Virus record (IMG/VR): IMGVR_UViG_3300021958_000024
Length of the DNA stretch: 64,000 nucleotides
Origin: a virus
Lineage: Duplodnaviria > Caudoviricetes
Strand: one strand, 5' to 3'
Made by a program: the position numbers and the translations under genes. The notes under the pieces are model-generated. The model had not been told where the DNA came from, made no database searches, and saw nothing but the letters and a program-made list of their open reading frames with translations. Below are positions 8,329 to 15,896 of the stretch, one piece after another. Every line of letters begins with the position of its first letter. The stretch's first letter is position 1.

Positions 8329-8607
8329 ATGCTCACTGTTAATCTCACTGAAGATCAACTCTCGCTCCTGGAAGAACTTGTGGGTGAGAAGTTTAATGAA
8401 GTCGCACAAGCATGGTTGCCTGCTGAAGAAACAAAGGACATGAACAAACTTTGTTATGATACTATTTTGAACCTCCGTTGTGTTCGTATGTCCAAAGAGT
8501 ATGATGAAAACAAGTGTCTTAAGGGTGGACTTTTTTCTAAGAAAGAGTATCTGGTGGATGTGGGTCTTGTGACGGATGAAGAACTTGCACAGCAGGGCAT
8601 CTGCTGA
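8329..8607 (+). CDS. Hypothetical protein
   Basis: 92-aa ORF behind promoter. Confidence 0.65.
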   Translation: MLTVNLTEDQLSLLEELVGEKFNEVAQAWLPAEETKDMNKLCYDTILNLRCVRMSKEYDENKCLKGGLFSKKEYLVDVGLVTDEELAQQGIC

Positions 8608-8627
8608 TCGCATTTCTACCCTATACT
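8568..8627 (+). promoter_or_regulatory. Early-type promoter embedded in the preceding ORF
   Basis: TGTGACGGATGAAGAACTTGCACA (8568-8591), TATACT (8622). Confidence 0.6.
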
Positions 8628-8655
8628 GATTACATCAACACAGGAGACATCTCCA

Positions 8656-9099
8656 ATGATCACCGAAACCTTCTCCGAATACGTTGCTCAGCAAGATGCT
8701 CGTAACACTATTCAACTGAATGTCACCAAGCATTGTCTGATGCTGTGTGATGCTCTGCGCCAGAACTACATTGATTACAGCATCAAATCTCATCAACGTA
8801 ATGTAGAGCGTGGTGATAGCGTTGATTATCACAATGCCTGCATTACCGACCTGAAGAATGGTGAGTGTGATTACGAGTTCACTGTTGAGAGTGGACGTAA
8901 GTATCACAAAATCATGATGAGTGCCAATGGTTCTCGATCTGTTCATGCCTTCGTTGATAAGAAGACTGGTGAAGTGTATAAACCTGCCAGCATTAAGTCT
9001 CCTGCCAAAGGTATTCGTTTCGATCTGCGATTGATTAAAGATCGTGAGTGGTTGCTGGAGAATGCTGACTGGGCAGGTTCTTATCTCTACATTCGATGA
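8656..9099 (+). CDS. Conserved-type cyanophage hypothetical protein (GRKYHKI...SVHAFVDKKTGEVYKPAS)
   Basis: 147-aa ORF with AGGAGA RBS. Confidence 0.8.
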   Translation: MITETFSEYVAQQDARNTIQLNVTKHCLMLCDALRQNYIDYSIKSHQRNVERGDSVDYHNACITDLKNGECDYEFTVESGRKYHKIMMSANGSRSVHAFVDKKTGEVYKPASIKSPAKGIRFDLRLIKDREWLLENADWAGSYLYIR

Positions 9100-9188
9100 T
9101 ATACTTTCTCATCATAAGTGCTGGCGTTGCGTGGGCAATGCTAGCACTATTCTCTCCATGGTTTAATCATCTTGATAAGAAAAAATGA
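9096..9188 (+). CDS. Very small membrane peptide (30 aa)
   Basis: MIYFLIISAGVAWAMLALFSPWFNHLDKKK; ATGA overlaps at both ends. Confidence 0.5.
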   Translation: MIYFLIISAGVAWAMLALFSPWFNHLDKKK

Positions 9189-9343
9189 CTGAAATGGATC
9201 TGAAAATCAGTGACCTCGCAGAAGAGTTTGAGGTCACTTGTGATTATATCATTGATGAGTTTATCATTGATGATAAGTTGCAACCTTGCACAATGTTTTT
9301 CGTCATTATTGACGACAATCCAATAATCATTAATTTTAACTAA
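9185..9343 (+). CDS. Small acidic hypothetical protein (52 aa)
   Basis: MTEMDLKISDLAEEFEVTCDYIIDEFI...; ATGA overlap. Confidence 0.55.
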   Translation: MTEMDLKISDLAEEFEVTCDYIIDEFIIDDKLQPCTMFFVIIDDNPIIINFN

Positions 9344-9375
9344 TACTAACCAACCCTTCACTATCTAACAACATC

Positions 9376-9630
9376 ATGGCAAATCAGTTCTATTCACTCA
9401 AAGCACTGCAATCACGGGTGCAAAGTCTCATCGAAGAGCAAGGTGAAGATGCACCTTGTGCGGGTTGGATTTACACTAGCGAAGATGTTGTAAAGTATGA
9501 TGATAATGGAGATGAAGTACAACAACCCAAAGAAGTTTGTGAGAATGTGTTAATCAACTTGCAAGACTACGATTTCATCTATCAGGCAATTGTGGATGCT
9601 ATTGATACAGAACTCGGTGAGGTTAAGTAA
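9376..9630 (+). CDS. Hypothetical protein
   Basis: 84-aa ORF. Confidence 0.7.
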   Translation: MANQFYSLKALQSRVQSLIEEQGEDAPCAGWIYTSEDVVKYDDNGDEVQQPKEVCENVLINLQDYDFIYQAIVDAIDTELGEVK

Positions 9631-9670
9631 CACTAACTGTGGTGTCACTAAATGATACTCAGGTCAGATG

Positions 9671-9740
9671 CCTCCCAATCGGTAAAGTGTCACAAGGTTT
9701 CGGCACGAACCTCAAAATCGTGTATTATTAAAGAGTCAAA
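9671..9740 (+). promoter_or_regulatory. Early-type promoter (right half-site intact)
   Basis: CCTCCCAATCGGTAAAGTGTCACA (9671-9694), TG-TATTAT (9723), AAAGAGTCAAAG leader. Confidence 0.6.
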
Positions 9741-9755
9741 GAAACGAGTTCGATT

Positions 9756-9938
9756 TTGGTTTACACAGTTCACTGCCCTGAGTTTAATGAAACTGAGAAT
9801 TGTGCTTCTCAGGAACATGCTATCGATGTGGCATATTCAATGTACGAAGAATTTAATTCTATTGTCTGGGTTGAAGATTACCTAGGTCATACAGTGATAG
9901 AATTAGGTGATCATATGGGAACTTACTCACCTAAGTAA
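9756..9938 (+). CDS. Hypothetical protein (TTG start)
   Basis: 60-aa ORF behind promoter. Confidence 0.55.
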   Translation: MVYTVHCPEFNETENCASQEHAIDVAYSMYEEFNSIVWVEDYLGHTVIELGDHMGTYSPK

Positions 9939-10002
9939 CATTATTTCAAAGTGTTACAGGTCGGGCAATCTTCCACGGTTGCCCGTTCCTATCCTGTAGA
10001 AT
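9934..10002 (+). promoter_or_regulatory. Variant early-type promoter
   Basis: AGTAACA-N11-TGTTACA (9934-9958), CGGGCAA...TTGCCCG hairpin, TG-TAGAAT (9997), AAAGTCAAA leader. Confidence 0.45.
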
Positions 10003-10031
10003 AACAAAGTCAAACCAGCACACCTGAACCG

Positions 10032-10325
10032 ATGACTGACTCTACGATGATCCTTGAACCATTGGCGAGTGACCTTTACCCCATTCCGGATGCTGCCGGA
10101 ACCGTATCCTGGCAGCAAGCATTAATGTTTGCATTCTATTACGGTAATCAGTGTTCGGAAATTGTCGTTTCTTTCACTAAAGAATACGATGTTAATAGGT
10201 TCGAAAGAATCGATTTGGGAGAATTAAATGTCTGGATTAATAACATCGAGGAAGAAATGATTGAACAGTTAATGTTACCCCAAAGACGGGGTATTATGCC
10301 TGCCCTGAGCGGGTGGATTTATTAA
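10032..10325 (+). CDS. Hypothetical protein
   Basis: 97-aa ORF. Confidence 0.6.
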   Translation: MTDSTMILEPLASDLYPIPDAAGTVSWQQALMFAFYYGNQCSEIVVSFTKEYDVNRFERIDLGELNVWINNIEEEMIEQLMLPQRRGIMPALSGWIY

Positions 10326-10404
10326 GTTACACATAGATTGATTGGGCATTGATTTTATCATGTAAGTCCCACACATTGACCATTAAACCATTGCATTTTT
10401 GATT

Positions 10405-10569
10405 ATGTTTTCTCGTGAAGTAATGCTGGGCATGATTCGTCAGTGCAAGACTGGTGATCAAATGTTGGAAACGATTGATTCTATTCTGAATGCTGAATCG
10501 AGTCAAGAAGATGACAACTATGATCCTCTAGAAGATTTCAACTACGTTGGTGCTCGTTGCCATTATTGA
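10405..10569 (+). CDS. Small hypothetical protein (54 aa, ...YDPLEDFNYVGARCHY)
   Basis: ATG-TGA frame read by hand. Confidence 0.6.
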   Translation: MFSREVMLGMIRQCKTGDQMLETIDSILNAESSQEDDNYDPLEDFNYVGARCHY

Positions 10570-10573
10570 TCCG

Positions 10574-10693
10574 ATGAGAATCGCACTTTTAGTATTGTTT
10601 ACAGTGATAGGTGCTAATCTCATCAATCACACTGTAGAAACGGCGACTCGATTACAGATTCAACAGGTACAGCGATTGCATCACCAAATATGA
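10574..10693 (+). CDS. Small protein with hydrophobic N-terminus (39 aa)
   Basis: MRIALLVLFTVIGANLINHTVE... Confidence 0.45.
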   Translation: MRIALLVLFTVIGANLINHTVETATRLQIQQVQRLHHQI

Positions 10694-10721
10694 TGCAAAC
10701 TAGTTTCAAAAGTACAATCAA

Positions 10722-10949
10722 GTGAACAATCCAATGTCTGAAACTGTGATGAACATCAACGAGCAGATTAGCACTGCATTTGCTAATCTTTCTGAACTAA
10801 GTGGGATGCACTATGATTATTGGATCTCACGATTGTATGATGTAGATGGAGACATGGTTGAAGATGAGTGGTCCAATGTAACACTAACTGAAATGCAGTT
10901 AGATGTTGATGAACTGAGTAAAGATCTCATGGAAACAGTTACAAACTAA
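10722..10949 (+). CDS. Acidic hypothetical protein
   Basis: 75-aa ORF; start uncertain. Confidence 0.6.
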   Translation: MNNPMSETVMNINEQISTAFANLSELSGMHYDYWISRLYDVDGDMVEDEWSNVTLTEMQLDVDELSKDLMETVTN

Positions 10950-10956
10950 GGTATAG

Positions 10957-11035
10957 GTGGACGGTTGAGAAATCGTCCACTTTTGCTTGATCTGGGCAGC
11001 GATCTATGGGATTCTATAGGAGTCAAAGGGAACAC
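10957..11035 (+). promoter_or_regulatory. Early-type promoter with fully symmetric palindrome
   Basis: GTGGACG-N10-CGTCCAC (10957-10980), TTGATC (10987), GATTCTATAGGAGTCAAAGGGAACAC. Confidence 0.7.
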
Positions 11036-11039
11036 CCCA

Positions 11040-11243
11040 ATGCACATCTTCACCAACGCCTCAAAGATCGGAACCCTGATTCCTCGCACTGGTTTATCCT
11101 ATTGCGAGGATGATAACACTTACACAGAATATACTTTTGAGGTTAATGCTTGGGCATGTTCTCTCGATGATCGTCCTTTTTGGACATACCCCAAGAAAGA
11201 ATCTCAGGTTGATTTGTTCACTGAAATGTTTGGAGAATCATGA
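11040..11243 (+). CDS. Hypothetical protein
   Basis: ORF-track frame, start moved to ATG 11040. Confidence 0.6.
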   Translation: MHIFTNASKIGTLIPRTGLSYCEDDNTYTEYTFEVNAWACSLDDRPFWTYPKKESQVDLFTEMFGES

Positions 11244-11425
11244 CAGCATTTGTAACACCTAAGAGCAAGAAAGCACGCAACCGATTCTGTAACTTAATGA
11301 GACAAGAATCGGAGTGTGTGATTGAACAAAACAAAGGTGATCGTGTGTTTTTACGTTCACTCAATGGCAAGAACTTTTTCTGGGTTAATCTACATCATGA
11401 TAAGGATTGGAACCTGGAAATGTAA
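11240..11425 (+). CDS. Hypothetical protein (VTPKSKKARNRFCNLM)
   Basis: ATGA-coupled 61-aa ORF. Confidence 0.7.
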   Translation: MTAFVTPKSKKARNRFCNLMRQESECVIEQNKGDRVFLRSLNGKNFFWVNLHHDKDWNLEM

Positions 11426-11428
11426 CGA

Positions 11429-11504
11429 TGTGCCAGTTGGACAACCTACACACAAAATAGGCACAGCACCCCGATCTCCTGTAATTTAGAAGAGTCAAAG
11501 GAAC
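11429..11504 (+). promoter_or_regulatory. Early-type promoter
   Basis: TGTGCCAGTTGGACAACCTACACA (11429-11452), TG-TAATTT (11482), AAGAGTCAAAGGAAC leader. Confidence 0.65.
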
Positions 11505-11511
11505 GCAACTC

Positions 11512-11748
11512 ATGGCAACTCCAATCTTTAACCTCTCTCCTGAAATGCAAGCAACCTGGGATGACATCATGGGGCAAATGTGCGTCTTCGTCGATGATAC
11601 AAATGCCGATGTCGATATGGCATACGATTGGGTATGTGAAATGCTGGAAATCGATTCCTTCATTGATAACAAGGAAGCATGGGATTCTTTCTACGATGTC
11701 TGGACATCATGTGACAATCGCAATGAACTGAACATTCCCTTTCTCTGA
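11512..11748 (+). CDS. Acidic hypothetical protein
   Basis: 78-aa ORF behind promoter. Confidence 0.7.
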   Translation: MATPIFNLSPEMQATWDDIMGQMCVFVDDTNADVDMAYDWVCEMLEIDSFIDNKEAWDSFYDVWTSCDNRNELNIPFL

Positions 11749-11784
11749 ATCATCAAACGTTCAACCTAATCTAACATCAAAACC

Positions 11785-11982
11785 ATGAATCGCTACTGCA
11801 TCGAACTTGATCGAATCGAACCCAATGGTGATGTTCATACCATTGTTGAGTATCGTCAACTGAAAGCAACAAAATCTAATCGTGGTCGTGATCGTCAAAT
11901 GAACAATCTAGTTAATCAAATCATTGAGGAACTAAAGTATTATCAAGTTCCCCATAAGCGTTTCACTGTGCGCCACGTTTGA
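11785..11982 (+). CDS. Hypothetical protein
   Basis: 65-aa ORF. Confidence 0.65.
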   Translation: MNRYCIELDRIEPNGDVHTIVEYRQLKATKSNRGRDRQMNNLVNQIIEELKYYQVPHKRFTVRHV

Positions 11983-11986
11983 CCTC

Positions 11987-12244
11987 ATGACTTTTCCTTA
12001 CATTAACATCGACAATAGCACTCTTGGCAATCACACTTCTACCTTTTTCAAGGTAAGTGCTGATGCTCAAGAATCATGGATTAACGGTATCTTCCATAAC
12101 TCAAGGTATGGAATCTTCTGTCTTGCTGATGGTAAACTAGAGTTAATCTCCAAAGGATTAAATACTGCTAAGTTTCGCAAGTGTAAATGTAGTGACCAAG
12201 AGACTGCATTCAATAAGATTAAACAATGGATGGAAAAGTTTTGA
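11987..12244 (+). CDS. Hypothetical protein (WINGIFHNSRY...KFRKCK)
   Basis: 85-aa ORF followed by terminator. Confidence 0.7.
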   Translation: MTFPYINIDNSTLGNHTSTFFKVSADAQESWINGIFHNSRYGIFCLADGKLELISKGLNTAKFRKCKCSDQETAFNKIKQWMEKF

Positions 12245-12259
12245 TCTAAAATAACACTT

Positions 12260-12286
12260 AAGAGAGGATAAAACCTCTCTTTTTTT
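12260..12286 (+). terminator. Rho-independent terminator
   Basis: AAGAGAGG-ATAAAA-CCTCTCTT followed by T run. Confidence 0.75.
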
Positions 12287-12325
12287 ATATTAAATGTATT
12301 AAAAAATATAGTTAAGTGTTTTATC

Positions 12326-12369
12326 TTTTCCACAATAGGTGTGGAAAACCCTGTGTATTGTGTGGAAAA
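12326..12369. promoter_or_regulatory. Three DnaA-box-like 9-mers (TTTTCCACA)
   Basis: TTTTCCACA 12326-12334 (+), TGTGGAAAA 12340-12348 and 12361-12369 (-); all fit TT(A/T)TNCACA. Confidence 0.55.
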
Positions 12370-12387
12370 CTTATGATTTATTGTCTC

Positions 12388-12703
12388 ATTTAATGTACTC
12401 ATAAGATGGTGAAATAACTGATTTAATGTACTCATAAGATGGTGAAATAACTGATTTAATGTACTCAGGTCTTGTTAAATGTACTTAAGATCTCATTAAA
12501 TGCCTCATTAAATGCCTCATTAAATATCTCATTAAATGTACTCAGGTCTTGTTAAATGCTTCATTAAATGCTTCATTAAATATCTCATTAAATATCTCAT
12601 TAAATGTACTCAGGTCTTGTTAAATGCCTCATTAAATGTACTCAGGTCTTGTTAAATGTACTCAGGTCTTGTTAAATGCCTCATTAAATGTACTCAGGTC
12701 TTG
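12388..12703. repeat. Composite AT-rich tandem repeat array
   Basis: 2 x 33-bp ATTTAATGTACTCATAAGATGGTGAAATAACTG, then ~6 x 20-bp TTAAATGTACTCAGGTCTTG interspersed with ~9 x 12-bp TTAAATGCCTCA/GCTTCA/ATCTCA. Confidence 0.95.
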
Positions 12704-12800
12704 TGATCTTAGACCGCTCACTATCATAAAACCTCCGAAATGTCAAGCGGGTAGCATCAGGGTTTGCCAACATTCTCACAAAATCTCATAATCGTTCCGC

Positions 12801-12847
12801 ATAAATACTGAGCAACACTTGACATTCAAACCATAAGATCTTACACT
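12801..12847 (+). promoter_or_regulatory. Late-type ATAAATA plus sigma70-like promoter
   Basis: ATAAATA (12801), TTGACA (12819)-N17-TACACT (12842). Confidence 0.6.
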
Positions 12848-12878
12848 GTAACAGTCAATCAACCGCAGAGAGTTTCTC

Positions 12879-13043
12879 ATGGTCTCCTATCTTAAGGCAC
12901 AAAAGCGTCGGATACGCATTACTTTAGACATGGAAGTTATGGAGGATTTCGATCCTCGTCAGATTGATTATGAGAAGATTTTTAACCTCGAACCGACAGA
13001 AAAGGTTGAGGTTTATGTAGAAGATATGAATATTGACTGGTAA
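12879..13043 (+). CDS. Small hypothetical protein (54 aa, MVSYLKAQKRRIRITLDMEV...)
   Basis: ATG-TAA frame directly behind promoter; read by hand. Confidence 0.65.
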   Translation: MVSYLKAQKRRIRITLDMEVMEDFDPRQIDYEKIFNLEPTEKVEVYVEDMNIDW

Positions 13044-13129
13044 AATATCAATTAGCAAAACAGTATCAACCGCTACAGAACGGTGAGGCGAAATGTGGGA
13101 TTCTATAAGGGTCGAAGGGAACACACCCC

Positions 13130-13324
13130 ATGCAACTTGAGATTCACGGATGGCAGATCGAAACCCTGAAGCAGGCACTCAAGGAGTCTGATTCCCTTTG
13201 GGAGGATCGGATCCAACAGGCAGAACGTGGTGAGCGTTCCAACCTGAGCGTCGATGGCGCTCGAATGATGCAAGATGACCTGCGTGCCATCTTGGCACAG
13301 ATCAAGTGGCAGTCAGGTTCCTGA
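13130..13324 (+). CDS. Hypothetical protein
   Basis: 64-aa ORF preceded by GGGATTCTATAAGGGTCGAAGGGAACAC, near-identical to the leader at 11008. Confidence 0.65.
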   Translation: MQLEIHGWQIETLKQALKESDSLWEDRIQQAERGERSNLSVDGARMMQDDLRAILAQIKWQSGS

Positions 13325-13388
13325 ACTGTCACATAGGGTCTTTACAAGACCCCCATTATCTGCAATACTTAAAGAGTCAAAGGAACAA
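13310..13388 (+). promoter_or_regulatory. Early-type promoter
   Basis: CAGTCAGGTTCCTGAACTGTCACA (13310-13333), TTTACA (13341), CAATACTTAAAGAGTCAAAGGAAC. Confidence 0.6.
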
Positions 13389-13392
13389 ACAC

Positions 13393-13638
13393 ATGAGCAC
13401 CCTCTGCACTCAAGAGTTCGCCACCCCCGAGCATTTCGCACGTTGGGAAGCACATGCTAAAACCTGCGACATGTACACTCTAAAATATGTTATTAAGGAC
13501 TGCTATTCTGCCGCCGAAAATATGAAAGGGTGGAACCCAATTCGTGAGGGTTTCTATCTAGATCAGGCAGCAACGTATGGCATGGAGTTTACACGTAAGA
13601 ATCGGGAATTGCCTGCAGGTTTGTGTCATCGAATCTGA
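13393..13638 (+). CDS. Hypothetical protein
   Basis: ORF-track frame, start moved to ATG 13393. Confidence 0.7.
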   Translation: MSTLCTQEFATPEHFARWEAHAKTCDMYTLKYVIKDCYSAAENMKGWNPIREGFYLDQAATYGMEFTRKNRELPAGLCHRI

Positions 13639-13640
13639 GG

Positions 13641-13699
13641 TGTGACAATCACCAAACCGTCCACAACCGCTTGATCTCCTCCCTAAAACGACCTACTAT
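13641..13699 (+). promoter_or_regulatory. Early-type promoter
   Basis: TGTGACAATCACCAAACCGTCCAC (13641-13664), TTGATC (13671)-N17-TACTAT (13694). Confidence 0.7.
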
Positions 13700-13752
13700 A
13701 GGTTCATCGGGGGGAGGAAACAACCCCCGCACACATTACGTCACTTCTCACA

Positions 13753-14100
13753 ATGCGTAAGATCGAATCTCTGATGATTGCCGCCATTTCCAACAACGAG
13801 AACTGGCAGTCTGCTAACACCGCTGTAACCTACTGTGAGGAAACTGGCGAGTCTAAGGTTTACCTCCATGGCAATCACATTGCCACTGTGGGTGAAGATT
13901 TCGTGCAAATCTTCGATGGTGGGTATCAGTCAAAGACCACTAAGTCTAGACTGAATGCTATTCTCTCTGAGCACGCAATCGAGGGTGAGTATGTATTTCA
14001 ACGCAACTTTAAGTGGTTCGTTCATAAGTTCATCGGACAGGCAGGAACTTCTAAGGTTTATAACACCTTCGAGTTTAACGGTGAGTTTATGTTCGCCTGA
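13753..14100 (+). CDS. Conserved-type phage hypothetical protein (VYLHGNHIA...GGYQSKTTKSRLNA)
   Basis: 115-aa ORF behind promoter. Confidence 0.75.
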   Translation: MRKIESLMIAAISNNENWQSANTAVTYCEETGESKVYLHGNHIATVGEDFVQIFDGGYQSKTTKSRLNAILSEHAIEGEYVFQRNFKWFVHKFIGQAGTSKVYNTFEFNGEFMFA

Positions 14101-14166
14101 TAACTAATGAGAATGGGATGCGCTCTAAAGACACCCAAACCGTACACTTTGATTTCTTATTTCACA

Positions 14167-14388
14167 ATGAACTTCGCTATCTCCAACAGCACCGCAATCG
14201 AGAACATCGCTCTGGAAGATAACACCGCCACCCTCACTTTTACTGGCGGTCGTGCTTATGATTACACCGTGTCCGATGTTGCCAACTTCGTAACTTCGCT
14301 CTCTAATGTAATCGAACAGGGTCAAAGTGTTGGCAAGTTCGTCAACATCGCGATCAAGAATGAGACCCTGCAGCGTATCGCTGCCTGA
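14167..14388 (+). CDS. KTSC-domain-like small protein
   Basis: STAIENI...LTFTGGRAYDY...SVGKFVNIAIK follows the KTSC pattern S-S-x-I...F-x-x-G-x-x-Y-x-Y...S-x-G-x-(Y/F)-x-N-x-x-I-K. Confidence 0.55.
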   Translation: MNFAISNSTAIENIALEDNTATLTFTGGRAYDYTVSDVANFVTSLSNVIEQGQSVGKFVNIAIKNETLQRIAA

Positions 14389-14396
14389 GTGTAATC

Positions 14397-14438
14397 GTGG
14401 GGGCATTCGTTATACACAGTGCCCCCACTTATTCTTTA
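14397..14438 (+). terminator. Hairpin terminating the early region
   Basis: GTGGGGGCA...TGCCCCCAC stem followed by TTATTCTTT. Confidence 0.6.
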
Positions 14439-14535
14439 CACACACTCCTAAATCTTATTCGTTATTCTTTATTCGTGCAATCGCAGTTTATTCGTTATTC
14501 GTAACAGCAGCGATTACGATTTATTCGTTATTCGT
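14429..14535 (+). repeat. Cluster of ~8 same-strand TTATTC(G) repeats
   Basis: Direct reading; several occur as tandem TTATTCGTTATTCG. Confidence 0.8.
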
Positions 14536-14697
14536 ATTAACAGTAAATGCGATTTGCGGGTTATTATAATAAGCGGGCGTACCGTATAAAAACGCTTAAC
14601 TACCCTAACCTACAGAGGTGACAAAGCGCGAGAGTGATATAAGACTCTCAAAAAAAATCCGAGGGGTATAAGAGTAGTCTAAGAGGTTTTATCAGAG

Positions 14698-14841
14698 ATG
14701 AAAAAACGGCGACCGTATTGGAACTTTTGGAAGGTTGTATTAGCAGGATGGATGATTAGGTATCCGAAAGTATTTCTTCGTATCTTAGGGATTCCGACAG
14801 GCATTGCATTAGTATGCATATATAAAGCGGTAACAAACTAA
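14698..14841 (+). CDS. Small basic membrane-associated protein (47 aa, MKKRRPYWNFWKVVLAGWMIRYP...)
   Basis: ATG-TAA frame read by hand. Confidence 0.6.
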   Translation: MKKRRPYWNFWKVVLAGWMIRYPKVFLRILGIPTGIALVCIYKAVTN

Positions 14842-14874
14842 GAATGATTGAAAAAATCGGCGGTAAATTTTTAT

Positions 14875-15066
14875 ATGGATAAAGTTTATCACATATATGC
14901 AAAAGATAGATGTATTATTCATAATGTATCAGAGGAAGACTTTGATACAGTATGGAGGACTTTGAATACTCTGGTAGAGTTTTTAAATACGGAGTATAAA
15001 TCAGAGGATCTAAGTTACTTAGAGTGTTTATCTAGTAGGGACAATACGATAAACGCATCGTATTGA
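14875..15066 (+). CDS. Hypothetical protein (MDKVYHIYAKDRC...)
   Basis: ORF-track frame, start moved to ATG 14875. Confidence 0.65.
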   Translation: MDKVYHIYAKDRCIIHNVSEEDFDTVWRTLNTLVEFLNTEYKSEDLSYLECLSSRDNTINASY

Positions 15067-15116
15067 CAAGAGATAAATAAGACGTTAGAGTTTGATTTGA
15101 GGTTGATTATTCACTC

Positions 15117-15896
15117 ATGGCAAAAGGATTCACAGTAAAAGCAAAAACCCCCACAGCGGGCGCACCAGTTGAGGACTGGGATTATGAAGCAATCAAAGAG
15201 AGGATGCGAGGCAAGAGCATTGTATTCTGTCTACCAGGAAGGGGATGTTCATTTACATTTCTAAAAGCATTTGTACAGTTAGCATTTGACTTAGTACAAA
15301 ACGGAATGAGTATTCAGATTTCACAAGATTACTCATCGATGGTCAACTTTGCACGTTGTAAGTGTCTTGGTGCAAATGTACTACGTGGACCTGATCAGAT
15401 TCCCTGGGATGGAAAACTACAGTATGATTATCAACTATGGATTGATAGTGACATTGTTTTCAACACTCAAAAGTTTTGGCAACTATGTGATCTAGCAGTA
15501 CCAGCAGAAGGGGAAGAGAAAGAGATTGTTGCTGGTTGGTATTCTACAGAAGATGGTCGTACTACATCAGTAGCACATTGGTTAGAGGAGGATGATTTCC
15601 GTAGTAATGGTGGTGTCATGAATCATGAAATGGTTGATGGTATCAGCAAGCGTCGTAAGCCATTCACTGTTGATTATACAGGATTCGGATGGGTTATGAT
15701 TAAGAATGGTGTATTTGAGCATGAGGATATGAAGTATCCATGGTTTGCACCTAAGATGCAAATTTTTGAGTCTGGTGCAGTACAAGACATGTGTGGAGAG
15801 GATGTGTCATTCTGTCTCGATGCTATTGAAGCAGGATTTGAAATCTGGTGTGATCCACGTATTCGTGTAGGACATGAAAAAACCCGAGTCATCTGA
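15117..15896 (+). CDS. GT-A fold glycosyltransferase-like protein
   Basis: WIDSDIVF DxD motif, VDYTGFG, GEDVSFC, IRVGHEK; ATAAATA and GAGG upstream. Confidence 0.75.
   Translation: MAKGFTVKAKTPTAGAPVEDWDYEAIKERMRGKSIVFCLPGRGCSFTFLKAFVQLAFDLVQNGMSIQISQDYSSMVNFARCKCLGANVLRGPDQIPWDGKLQYDYQLWIDSDIVFNTQKFWQLCDLAVPAEGEEKEIVAGWYSTEDGRTTSVAHWLEEDDFRSNGGVMNHEMVDGISKRRKPFTVDYTGFGWVMIKNGVFEHEDMKYPWFAPKMQIFESGAVQDMCGEDVSFCLDAIEAGFEIWCDPRIRVGHEKTRVI

Noticed and set aside
12067-12435. Minus-strand 122-aa ORF with duplicated MSTLN
   Set aside because: By-product of the 33-bp repeat; crosses a terminator and overlaps a + strand gene
12388-12703. Repeat array as a CRISPR array
   Set aside because: Units are contiguous and reused; no unique spacers of constant length and no cas genes in the window
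2150-13664. Palindromes as CRP or NtcA boxes
   Set aside because: Half-site spacing does not match TGTGA-N6-TCACA or GTA-N8-TAC
14327-14569. 80-aa hydrophobic + strand ORF
   Set aside because: Runs through the terminator hairpin; its YSLF repeats merely translate the TTATTCG DNA repeats
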